Source: Monocercomonoides exilis PA203 (taxonomy: Eukaryota > Protista > Preaxostyla). Taken from it: a stretch of 64,000 bases of DNA. The notes below the pieces were generated by a model. The model was not told the DNA's origin and did no database searches. It saw only the letters and a program-made list of their open reading frames with translations. The stretch spans positions 1,240,001 through 1,304,000 of the forward strand of contig LSRY02000022.1 of NCBI GenBank assembly GCA_001643675.2, written 5' to 3'. The stretch's first letter is position 1. Each line of letters begins with the position of its first letter. Positions 51,385 through 62,110 of this stretch are shown here, in pieces. Made by a program: the position numbers and the translations under genes.

Positions 51385-54300
51385 CTGCGTTCTTTCTTCA
51401 TACTTTTCATTATCGCGTACACTCATTCTGCTTATTGTAAATAATATTCAAAATAAGGGGTGGAGCTTGATAAGAAACAAAAAAATTGAAAATTCAAACA
51501 TTGTTGATTATCTTGCAATATAACAAAGATCTCAGTACAAACTATTTTTCTTTTGCTATATGAAAAGAAGTGAAAAATTAAATGCAAAGAAGTCTCAGGA
51601 TTGGCTTTCTGAGTGCAAAAATGGAAATCTTTTTTCTTTTGATCTAACCAACATAAATTAATTAATCTCATGATAATCATTGTGTTTGATTTTGAGGGAA
51701 AATAACACACTTTTTGGTTTGAAATTGAGTATGAATATAGCACAGAAACGGAAATAGGTATAAGAAAGAATGAAAACACAAAATCAAATTTCAAAAAAAA
51801 AATATCTTTTTTGAAGATAAATGAAACAGATTCAGATTGAAAAAAATGGAAACAAATGTTCGCATGCTCAATGAATTTTGTTGTTTTTTTCTTTCTTTCT
51901 TTTGTAATTTTCAGTTTTCATTCAAGATGATACTTCAGATTTGTGAAGGAAAAAAGGCGAAAAACCAAAAACCAAAATGAATTGACGATTCAATTTTAAT
52001 GTCAGTCAAAAAGTGAAACGAAATGGCAAAATGGATTTGCAGCGAAATGAATAAATAAGAAAATTCTTGAAGGTCATCCAACATCAAGGATGGCAGAACA
52101 AATGATTGGTGGATCGATGGCTATGATCAAAAATGACATTTTTCTTTGGGATTTTTTTTTTCGCTTTTCACATTAAAAAGCCATTTGATTTCAATTGAAT
52201 GATGATCAGATGAGAAATGTCGCAAAGGAAGCTGTACAGTGAGAAGAATTCCAGAAGCAGAAGAATTCAACAATTCCTTCAATTGTTCATCAAAAACACA
52301 GAAGAAAAGAATCAGAGAGTTCTGCTGCTCTGCCAAAAGAATGAAGAGAGCGGAAAAGAATTCCAATTCAATGTCCAAATATTTTTTTTGCACACATTTT
52401 TTCTTTTAGAAGCTAATAAGAAACTCAATTTGGACTTCACGATCACGCCCAATCGCAATGAATTAAAATGTGGATGAATAAATCTTTTTGAATGTCTCTT
52501 CAATCTTTTCTTTTTCTCTTTGTCAAAAAGCACCACAGGCATCAAGAAAAAAGCTTGTCTTTTCAAAAATTTCTCATCTGACACTCTCGGAATGTTTCAT
52601 TTACTTCATTAAGTTATTTGCATTGTATACTATTTTGCTCTCATGTTTTTCAACTTTTGAAATCGCATTGATAAGAAAATGACCATCTCAACAAAGGCAA
52701 TTGCTTGTTCCAATATCAGAATGCACAATCTGAAATCTTCTGTTTGAAACATAAATGGAAAGAACTCTTCAATTTTCTTCATTCATTTTGTGCGATATTG
52801 ACATGATTATCTGAATGATATTCGCATTGATTCATCATCATCACCACCTCCTTCTTCCAATCCAAAATTAAACGCATTTTCAAGAAATAAAAAAAGCGAT
52901 TGCCCATTGCTTCATTTCACAAGATAATGACGAGCTTTTGAGGCTGATTGGCTTTTCCAATGTGAATGTGGATGTTGTGTTTGCATCACAGTAAGAACTG
53001 TTGTCTGATACAAATTTTCGTTTGAATGAGTTTCTTGTTTCAATTGAAGCATGGTTTTTTTCTCCTTTCTCAGCATATTCAGTTTTATCCACTTCTTCAA
53101 TCAAAATACTGAGATAAAAAGCGAAGAAAGTGACTGGAGGTGAAAGGTCATCCCCATCATCCACTGCTCCTGCAATTGAACCTTCAGAAGTCTCGACAGT
53201 GAAGGGATCAGACATGAAGGCGGTATGGATGAAGGACATCAATAGACGGATGTGGATTGTTGTTCCCGAAGAAACTGGGGTGCATGCAAATCACATGAAG
53301 TTGTGACCAAGATCGCTGTAGATGTTATGGGGATATGTTATCACTTGGTCTTCTGTACGTTTCGAGAGCAATATGAACATACGATTTGTGGAGCTTTCAA
53401 AGATGCTTTCAGTTAGGCCGGTGACACTTCTTCTTTTGCTTGCAGCATTTATGGGAACGAATTCTTAGAGCATTTGATCTTTTCAGTAGCAGATGAGAAT
53501 TCGCTCACTTTGATCCACTATCTGTATGATTTGCAGCTGCAACCGTGTGAGATAATGTTCCTTGTGCAGGGATTGTCGAAGTGGGAGCGTGTGGTGGTGA
53601 AGCTGGAAGATGAAGTGATGAGGAAAAGAATGGCAATGCGCAAAGCGGAAGAGATAATGGAGAAGGAACTGTCAGAGGCTGTGTTGAGGATATATGACGT
53701 TGTTATTTCGCTCAGTATGATTTTGAAAGATGTTCTGGAGGAACGAGAAGAAGCAGAGAAAGGGGAAGGAAATGAGGGAAAAAAACTGACCTAATGTGGC
53801 AAAGAAATTCTTTTTAAAGAATAAAATCAAATTTGGGAAAGTTCGGAAAAGAAAGGAAGCCGTTGTTCGTTGAGAAGTTCATTTGAAGAATAAGAAGAAT
53901 GGAGAGTGGATATTGGTTTGATAAAGGTACAAAGTGGTCATCATTTCACAAAAAATAAACTCATTTGCATTTTGCATCCATTTGTTATTTTATAGAGAAT
54001 ATGAAAACAGGTGAAAGTTAATTAGCAGCATAAGAAGCATATTTAAGCAGAGATTCACAAAAACATGAAAATGTTATCAAACTTGATTCTGTTCTATCGT
54101 CCACCTCAATAACTTCGTGCAAAATAAATCAAGAACAAGAGAGATCTCTTTATTAATCAAAGAGAGAACAAGGATCGAAAAATGTTTTTGGAATAAGGGT
54201 TTATTGGACAGATAAATGAAATCAAACTTCTTCTCTAAAACTAACGCAATACTTAAATAATGCAAAAAATGGTAAAAATAAAGATATTTCCCTCATCACT

Positions 54301-54758
54301 AATAAAAAACAATAGTTTTTTATTCAACCGAAAATTAAATTCTATTGTAGAGCGAAAAAAGTTGTATAATCAAAGCAAATAATCATGAAAAATTCAATTT
54401 TAAAAGAAAACCTTTTGTGGAAAGTTCAGAATAAAATAATGTTTAAATAAAAAATTTATCAAACAATTTAATTAAAATACCTATGATTTTTCGCAACTTC
54501 ATTATTGTGACTTTTGTAACAAAAAGAAAAATAAACATTTGTTTTGGGCGATTATTTTAACTTTTCCAAAAAAATTGTGGTGTTGCATTAAACAATAAGG
54601 AAAAATCATTATTATATGTAACTGAATTTTCATTTGTTAACTTTATCACATTCTTCAGATGATTTTCAGTTTGATTCAAACCGCACTTTGGATTAGGTTT
54701 CATTTGAATAAAGGATATGTTGATCTGTTGTGATTTAGAAAAGTGAGCATCAAACAGA

Positions 54759-54841
54759 ATGTTTTTTCTTTTTGCTTATTTCCTTACTATTTCATTGGCA
54801 TGCACGCAAAAAATAAATAATGCAACATTGACAGAAGTTTT
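54759..54841 (+). CDS. 5' part (signal peptide) of a surface-protein gene interrupted by the DIRS element
   Basis: ATG 54759 encodes MFFLFAYFLTISLACTQKINNATLTEV, which joins in frame to 60871 when 54842-60870 is removed. Confidence 0.85.
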
Positions 54842-54923
54842 GGTAGAACGCAGTGAGACAGGTTTTGCTCCGAAATAATGAGTTTGATCTTAAATTATGG
54901 GTGGTTTGAGTGAAAAACTTCGC
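54842..54923. repeat. 3' inverted terminal repeat of the DIRS element
   Basis: 54874-54907 is an exact 34-nt inverted copy of 60788-60821, flanked by imperfect matches on both sides. Confidence 0.9.
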
Positions 54924-55509
54924 CCTCCCCAATGACGTGGAAAAAAGGGCGAGATGAAAAAACAAAACAATAACATTAAGAATTAATAATAATAATAAAA
55001 TAATGCATTGTCCGCTTCACTTCACCACCGACTTCGCCTTTTGCCATGGTCTCGAAGACCAGAGGGCAGGGAACATTGCCCCTCGGAGCTCCCTCCTGCA
55101 GGCTGTGCAGGGATCCGGTGAGGCGAAAATTAAAAACGGAGCAGAAAGAAAAACCACTCTCGCTTTCGCGAGGCGTGGAAAAGAAAACTGCGTGTATTAT
55201 GCTCTGCCTCCCACTCTTCTGCTGCATCAGCAGAGCAGCCCCAATCATCACACACTGCATATTTAATATTCAATTCTTCTCTGTAAAAACAATACTAATC
55301 TTGTAAAGGAGTAGGATCATGCTTGAACTATTTATTTGTTTCCATGTTTCTCTAAACAGGTTCTAGGTGCACTTGATATCTCTGGACGGATTATCTCTTT
55401 CTATCTCCTCTGCTATCTCGCCACTTTTTTCTCGTCCTATTCATCACTCTGTGTCTCTCTCTCATCTCGCACCCAGCCGCTCTGAGTCTCTCCATCCGCG
55501 TTAGTATTT

Positions 55510-55602
55510 TTTCGGAGCAAAACCTGTCTCACTGCGTTCTATCAATTCGCAATAGAGCGAATATCCGAACGCAAGGAGCAGGTTTGCTCCTCAATAATGA
55601 GT
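55510..55602. repeat. Internal complementary region (ICR) of the DIRS element
   Basis: 55510-55545 is the reverse complement of 54840-54875 (1 mismatch). 55544-55602 is the exact reverse complement of 60812-60870. Confidence 0.95.
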
Positions 55603-55712
55603 CTTGAAAACCCTCGTTCTCTTCTCTCCTCTGATCTTACACCCTCTTGCCTAGCACCTTGTCGTGCGGCGGATGAACAGAGGGACTGCGGATGAAGGTG
55701 CGGCCTCTATTC

Positions 55713-58700
55713 CTACTCCCTCCCCCTCTTGCGCTGTTTTCGGGGGGTTCTCGATCGGGTCTTCCGTACTTGAGCGGGCATAATAATTTGTCCTATGCTT
55801 CTCTCTTCGCGTTTCCTCCGATCGGTCTCGAGTTTCTTCTGCAAGGCAGGTTGTCTGCCCTTTGCCAGCTCCATGATGCTGCGGGGAATTATGGAAGGTG
55901 TCTCATCACACCTGGTGGGTTGTGTTATGTCGTCCTCATGATGCGAACTCTTCTCTCGAGTCGGCCCTCGTCTCTTCGAATTCCTTCTCTCGCTCGTCTC
56001 CGCTTCTCCCCCGGATTGTGATGTTTCTTCAGGTAATTCCTTAGTTTCAGATTCTGTATTCTCAACTGAAATTTCTTTTTCCTTGCTGTCCTTCTCCGAC
56101 TTTCCTCCCTTCTCTGCCAGGGGTACTGGGCCACCGATTGTCTCCAGGATCCATCTCGTGTCCTGAACTGGTAACACGGTGTAATACTCCTGGGCTACTC
56201 TAGAGCCTGGCGCCCATCTCGCGTACGCATTGATTGCTTTCCAATCTGCAGCTTGTTGTCTTGCTAAGTGCGTTATCACAGCGTGTCTTATCGAGTACGA
56301 GGTAAATGTGTCGGGTATTCCGTTCTCTCTCAGGACAGCCACTAGTTCTTCCTTAATCCTCTGCAAATTTGCAGGTTGCCTCTCTCTGATATCGAATCAC
56401 ACACGTTCGTCTCTAAGGGTTGTCTTTGTATAATCCATCCAACGTTGGAGCACAACAACCGCATCGATACGTGGGTTTGGATGCTTATTTATAATAACCT
56501 TAACAGTCTCTCCCCCTGATGTCTTTGTTTGTACTTGTGTCTGGACTAGATTCTCTTTAAATATCGTTGTCCCTCTTCTCATCCTCTCCAGCTCTGCTGG
56601 TCTTAACGCACCAAATATCATAGTTAAAATGAGAGCCCTCCTTTGGAGGGTCTGTGGGTCTTTCATATCATGAGTGGCTTCTGCCCATTTCGTGATGATT
56701 GTCAAGTCCCACATCGATTTGGATCGATTGCCTCTTCTTGGTTTCTCCCCCACATAGGTTTTAAGAAATATCTCTATGTCTTTCACGTCAACCTTAGTCT
56801 TCCTGAAGAGGTTAATAGAATCCAGTACCTTCCGTACTGTCTGATTTATCACTCCGCTTGAGAGGTTTGTATTCGAGAGTGTTTCGATGAACTCTGCCAT
56901 AATCCATTTAGCATCTTTCGTTGTGAGGGGGTCAGTGTCATCCATGCTCTCTCTATCTAGAAATTGCTTGAATCTTCGCAGGGCTCTCCACGTATCTCTC
57001 TCACTCTTCTGATTTCTAAGTATTGCTGCTGCTATGTCTTTTGCTCCAACGTGTTCTCCCCATGTTAAGAAGAGGTCTCTCCCCTGAATATTCTCTTCTC
57101 CAGTATAACGCTTATTACCTCTCCTGGGGGTAATTTCCAGCCTTCCCTTCTCATCTTCGTTCCCGGTATCATGCACTCCTGAAAGGTCCCCAGGGTCCTT
57201 GTCAAATACCCAGGCTGCAGTAGCGGGGTCCAGGTCTGCCCCCGCCAGGCTGGCAGAATCAGAATCGTCAGATTCCTCTGAGCTTCGTTCATCTTCTCTT
57301 TCATCACTCGTCCAATGTTTCTCAGGAACGGGTGGACTAGGACTATGTCGTCTTCTGGTGTTCCTTTCTCTCTCTTCCTTCTCATGGAGGATAGTCTCCA
57401 AGTACTTCCGCAGGGCACCGGCGCAATCTGTTCTGAAATTGTATCTAGTGTTCTCGGTGCGATTGTCTGTAATATCTCTGCGACTCCCCCCCCCCCCCCC
57501 CCCTCTGTGCGTCGTCCGGCTTTTTCGCCATCCGGCTGAGTGCATCTGCTTCCGTGTTCTGTTCTCCCGGGAGATGTTCCGTTTGTATCGTAATGTCCAG
57601 GCTGTTCAGTTTCTTCTCCAATGCTCTCAGTGTTGGAATGAGCGATGGTGCTCCCCTTTTCTTCTGGATTGTCCATCTCGTGGACATGTTGTCTGTCTTC
57701 AGACGAATATGATCTATCTTCTGTTCTTTCAGCCATGCTCCTTTCCTTTCCAAAGTCCTCAACACTGCTCTGGACTCCTTCTCGTTTATCGCTAATGCGC
57801 TCTCCTGGAGGGTCCAACTCCCGTGGACATATATCTTCTCCTCTTTGTTCTCTGTTGGTATTGTTAATACTGCACCCCATCCCAGCTCTGACGCATCCGT
57901 TGTCAGCTCTGCTGGTCTGTTCCTTCTCTTCAGACTCCTTGGTCTGTTCTCTCGCAGAGTTTTCCTCCAATGTGTTAATTCTCCTAACATCATTGGGTTG
58001 GGTATCACTGTCCCGCTCCAGCCTCCGCGGGCTATTGCCTGCCTCAGTATGTATTGCATGCGTTTCATCCACAAGCTTGCTGGTGGGTGCTGTAACCTCA
58101 CGAAATTTAACCTCCCGAGGAGTGCTGCTAAATCCCTCGTCTTTTGTATTCTCCTCTTCTTTGCATGTGCTATCCACTTTAGCACATCCTCCAGGAGCAG
58201 CACTCTCTTCCTTTCTTGGAGCGTCACGTCCATCTTCTCTGAGTTCCAACTCCATCCCAAAAACTCCACGCTCCTTGCGGGTTCTAGCTTCAGCTTCTCC
58301 TCCGACAGTATCCAGCCCAGATTTCTCAGGAACTGGGCTATCTCCTGTGAGATCGATCTCAAAGCATCCCTGTCTGGGTGCATGAGGAGGATGTCGTCCA
58401 GATATATCACCAGCTTTACCTTCCAATGTTCTCTGATATATGACGCTGCCCGTCTCATTATCTTCGTGAATACTCTGGGCGCGTCCTTTGCTCCAAATGG
58501 CATCCCCACGTAAGTGTAGCATTGCTTTTGGAAGCTGAAGCACAGAAAGGGACTGAACTGCTCGTCCACTTTGACATGTTGATAAGCACTCGATATGTCG
58601 AGCGTAGTCATCCAATCGTTCTCCTCCAGGAGTTCCACAACTGTCTCCTGGGAATCCATCTTGAAGTGTTTCCCTAGCACTTCCTCGTTTAAAATTCTGC

Positions 58701-59029
58701 AATCCAGAATCTTCCTCCACTTTCCGTTCTTGTTTATTACCATGAATGTCGGGTTGAACCACTTCACCTCCGACTCCTGCACGGGCTTCACCACTCCGTC
58801 CTTCAATTCCTCCTCCATGAGGGATAAATAATTGTTCGTCATTTTTGTCGTACCCCGAAACTCCTGTTTGTGTTTTCTTTCCTCGAGTGAGATTGGGGAT
58901 TGGGGATCTTTCCATCGGGCTTTTATACCACGGCTCACAAGTTTGTCTCCCCCAATCTTCCTCCACTCGCTCAGCCTGTTCACCAGTCTCCCAGGAAGTG
59001 GCTCCTTCGGTAGTCCCACTGCTACGCAA
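55713..59029 (-). pseudogene. Tyrosine recombinase ORF of the DIRS element, overlapping pol; broken by the G18 frameshift and a TGA at 56397-56399
   Basis: Motifs FGALRPAEL, TKTS, TSYSIRHAVIT, ARWAPGS and QEYY. ORFs 56397..57545 and 55713..56366 share one frame, separated by a single TGA (ERV*FD). Confidence 0.85.
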
Positions 59030-59502
59030 CTCCCCACTTCTGGTGTCCTTAGACCAGTCTGGATCTGTGCGGTCTCTTTCCCTTCGAGAGTATCTGCAGT
59101 AGCAATCTTCCAGCTCTCCTCCAGGACGCTCCCAATTAGGGACTCGATAACAGTCCCAGAAGCTCTCAAGGCTCTCTTCACTACCTCCCTCTCAAGTTCC
59201 TGATCGTTCATCTGTACTGTCCCGTGGGGATATACGGAGTCTTCCTCTGTGTTTTCTCTCCCTGTTCCCATCTCGCAATCTATCGAGCTGTCTATCTCAA
59301 TCCTCTTCTTTTGGTCGGAAGGGCTCAATGCCTCTTCGCTGTTCTCGCAAGCTTTCACGGGTTCCGCCTCTGTGATTGTCTGTCGATTGAATGGGAATAC
59401 TTGTTGTGTTGTCACTCTTTCGGGAATAAACAACTTTCTGTCTATCTCTGTCTCGCGGCAAAGCACGGTTCTCTCTTCTCTTTCTGTCTCTTCTAAGCCC
59501 AT
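57065..59502 (-). pseudogene. pol of the DIRS element: reverse transcriptase, RNase H and methyltransferase-like domain (frameshift at the G18 run)
   Basis: RT: WRKILDCR, TLDISSAYQHV, MPFG, IYLDDIL, FLGW. RNase H: TTDAS, INEKE, TDN, HLPGEQNTEADALSR. MT-like after the frameshift: LVHPF..IGRV...ILILPAWRGQTW. Confidence 0.9.
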
Positions 59503-60745
59503 TGGCTCGATCCAGTTGCTGTTCCTGTTGCTGATTCTCCCTGTATCCTCGGGGGAGCTGGAGGAAGGGGGACTGTGAACAAGGGCGCTCTCCCAGCTGT
59601 AGCTGGGGCCTGTTGTGGTCGAGCTTGTGTTGACCTTTTTCTCTGTTTGAAATTTGAGAAGCTCCCTTCGAAACCTTGCTTCTGGAATTGTCTGTAGGCA
59701 AAACCTTGAGCGTTTCTGCCTGTGCTGTACCTCCCTGAGCGCCCGCCCCTGACTGGGGCGAGGCCGAAGGTTGTGGAAGAAACGGGGGATGCTCCATACC
59801 CTGGAGCGTCCCCCCCTGGACGAAAAAAGCTGGTGCTATCCACCAGTCTCCTGAAACTCTCTGGGATGTCCTTGGACATTCCCCCGTCCAGAAAACACTT
59901 CACATTCTCCCAGCTTGACTGAGGGATAACTTTCAGCAAGTTTATGCGGCTAATACAGTCTGCTATTAGGGCGTACGCGCAAAAGAGCCCCCTCAGTCGC
60001 TCTTTCTCTTCTTCCTCTAGGCGCGTCTTTTTCAATTCTCTTGTAGTGAGGGCTGCAATCGCCTTCGCGGCTTCCAACCCCGATTCCAGGGCGGGCTGAA
60101 GCAGCTCGATAACCCGAGCGGCTTCTGGAGAGTCTTTTCTTCCCTCAGCAGTGACCCCCGTCACTGCTAAGGCGTTCCAACTGATGTCAGTGTGTCTTGT
60201 AAAAAGTTCTTCTCCGTCTCCGGGATAAAAGTGTTCAGGATATCATCATTTATTCTGATAGATACGGCTTTGCAAAAGTCCATGAATCTCTTCAGTTCTC
60301 CTGCTTGTCTCCTAGGCGTTAACCATTCGTCTGGGAAAATTCCCAAGAAATCTTCGGATCTATCTTGCTCTTCTTCCCGCTTTTCTGTGTTTTCGGAATC
60401 GCTCTCGCTGGTTTCTACATCGTCCCATTTCTTCATCTGGTTACGTCCTCGACTGCCCCTCAATCGCTGTCTGTGTCTTTTCTTTGCGATCATCTCTGTG
60501 TCATCAGATTCGGACTCAGATTCGCTTGATCTCGATAGAGATCTTCCTCTTGGTCGTTCCCTCTTCGTCTTTCTCATTGGTAATATTCCTACTGCTCCCG
60601 AGCGACTCGGAACTGCTCGGCTTCTCGCCATTTCCTCAATCAAATTTTCTACTCTTGAAAGTCTAATTGCAAGATCAAATCCTCTGTCCTCGCTGTCACT
60701 GGTTTCCATTCTAACAGGATCTTGTGTCATTATTACTGCGGACAA
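59493..60745 (-). pseudogene. gag-like ORF1 of the DIRS element, split into two frames near 60170-60245
   Basis: Position upstream of pol. ORFs 60167..60745 and 59493..60164 merge if one base is added, for example in the T5 run at 60201-60205. The stop overlaps the pol ATG (ATGGGCTTAG). Confidence 0.65.
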
Positions 60746-60772
60746 TGGTGTGTAAGAAAGGTTTATCTGTTA

Positions 60773-60870
60773 GCGAAGTTTGATCTTAAACCACCCATAA
60801 TTTAAGATCAAACTCATTATTGAGGAGCAAACCTGCTCCTTGCGTTCGGATATTCGCTCTATTGCGAATT
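60773..60870. repeat. 5' inverted terminal repeat of the DIRS element
   Basis: Inverted partner of 54842-54923, with a unique outer extension that is mirrored in the ICR. Confidence 0.9.
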
Positions 60871-62110
60871 CGTAAAGCAAAGCGGAGATGACAGTAACAG
60901 CGGAACTGCGATCGGTCAGGAAAAGAAATCATCAAAAGGTGCATATGCTCAATTGGGATATAACAATTCATGTGAGATTTATGTTGTTAATGATGATTCT
61001 CCACTAATTTCAGAGGAAATCACACTGAGCAAGGAACAAGGAATAACAATTGAAGGAGTCAATGCAAATGGAGATGAAAATTCAGAAGTTGCAATTGATT
61101 GCAATGTCAATGTACCAACGCAATCAATCAGGTCAGCTCTATTCACGTGTTATGGAATTATTGAATTCAAATATTTAGCATTCAGATTTTCAATGACAAA
61201 ACATTATTGGCCCAGGTTAATCTATTCAGGAACAAAATCCTTGAAAATAAGCAACTGCCAATTTGTCAGAGTTGGATCAACGTTTCAAGGAGGAACTACA
61301 TCAAATGAAGGAGCATTCTATTCTGTAGCATCTTATCTTGTTGAAGTGAATGGTGGAAAAGTCATAATGAATTCAGTGAAATGCACAGATGAAACATCAT
61401 TTGTCACATTTTCAAATTCTCTGTTTTGGTTTTACGGACCAGAGGAAGTGAAATTGAATGAAGTGGAGATCAGCAAAGTGAATGTTGTTGATGCCTCGGC
61501 AATCAACATTGATGAAATAGGTTTTGCTGTAAAAAATATAACAATAGAGGGATTGAATATTCAAGAAGTGAATTCAAAAGATGGACATGTAGCTGGTTTA
61601 TATATTTATTTAAATTCAGCTGGATCAACAGTGTCCATTGGAAGGACGAGCAAATGCACATTCAAGTCATGCTCCGCATCAAACGGATATTCTGGCGCTA
61701 TTTATCTTGATATGAAACAGACAATGTTTCACCTGAAACTTCCAGCTGCATTCAACTTGGATATCGACAACTCAAATACAGCAAAGTCGAGCACAACATC
61801 AATTTTCATTATGGCACCAGATGTTAAAGCTTTTTGTGAGCAGGAAGACTCCTTTGAGTTTGCAAACGAATACGACGAATCAGCTGCTGGATGGATTATG
61901 GGGGCTAAAGACGAAGATTCAGATCCAGTTGATTTGTTCGAAAAGTTCATGAAATCTAGGCAAGAAAAACAAAAAGAAGAAGCCCAAAAGAAAAAAGCAG
62001 GGACAATTGTTGCAATTGTAGTGCCAATTGTTGTCGTTGTGGTTGTTGCCGTTGTTGTGGTTGTTGTTGTAATCATCGTTGTCAGGAAAAGGAAATCAAA
62101 AAGTGGTTAG
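60871..62110 (+). CDS. 3' part of a type I membrane surface protein (probable pectin-lyase-like beta-helix ectodomain; ~440 aa when rejoined)
   Basis: (F)VKQSGDDSNSG N-terminal motif; beta-helix-like strands (LKISNCQF, CTFKSCSA..SGAIYL); C-terminal Val/Ile-rich TM helix followed by RKRKSKSG. Confidence 0.85.

Larger units (their letters stand above)
54842..60870 (-). mobile_element. Full-length DIRS-type tyrosine-recombinase retrotransposon (6029 bp)
   Basis: gag-like, RT, RNase H, MT-like and YR coding regions; non-identical inverted termini; internal complementary region; no TSD other than a shared TT; GC clearly higher than the flanks. Confidence 0.95.

Noticed and set aside
52440-53800. 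Possible further pseudogene fragments, including ORF 53474..53794
   Set aside because: Only faint resemblance to family motifs; boundaries and identity cannot be supported.
55010-55130. HDV-like ribozyme on the minus strand (GGCGAA followed by UCGGUG that could pair with CACCGG)
   Set aside because: P1, P3 and P1.1 could not be assembled in the required order; kept only as a generic structured region.
55650-55705. Hammerhead-like pattern (CGGATGA twice within a GCACCTT/AAGGTGC stem)
   Set aside because: Lacks the CUGAnGA and GAAA core.
57199-60755. Long plus-strand ORFs antisense to the DIRS genes
   Set aside because: Expected from purine-rich dual-coding sense frames; no motifs.
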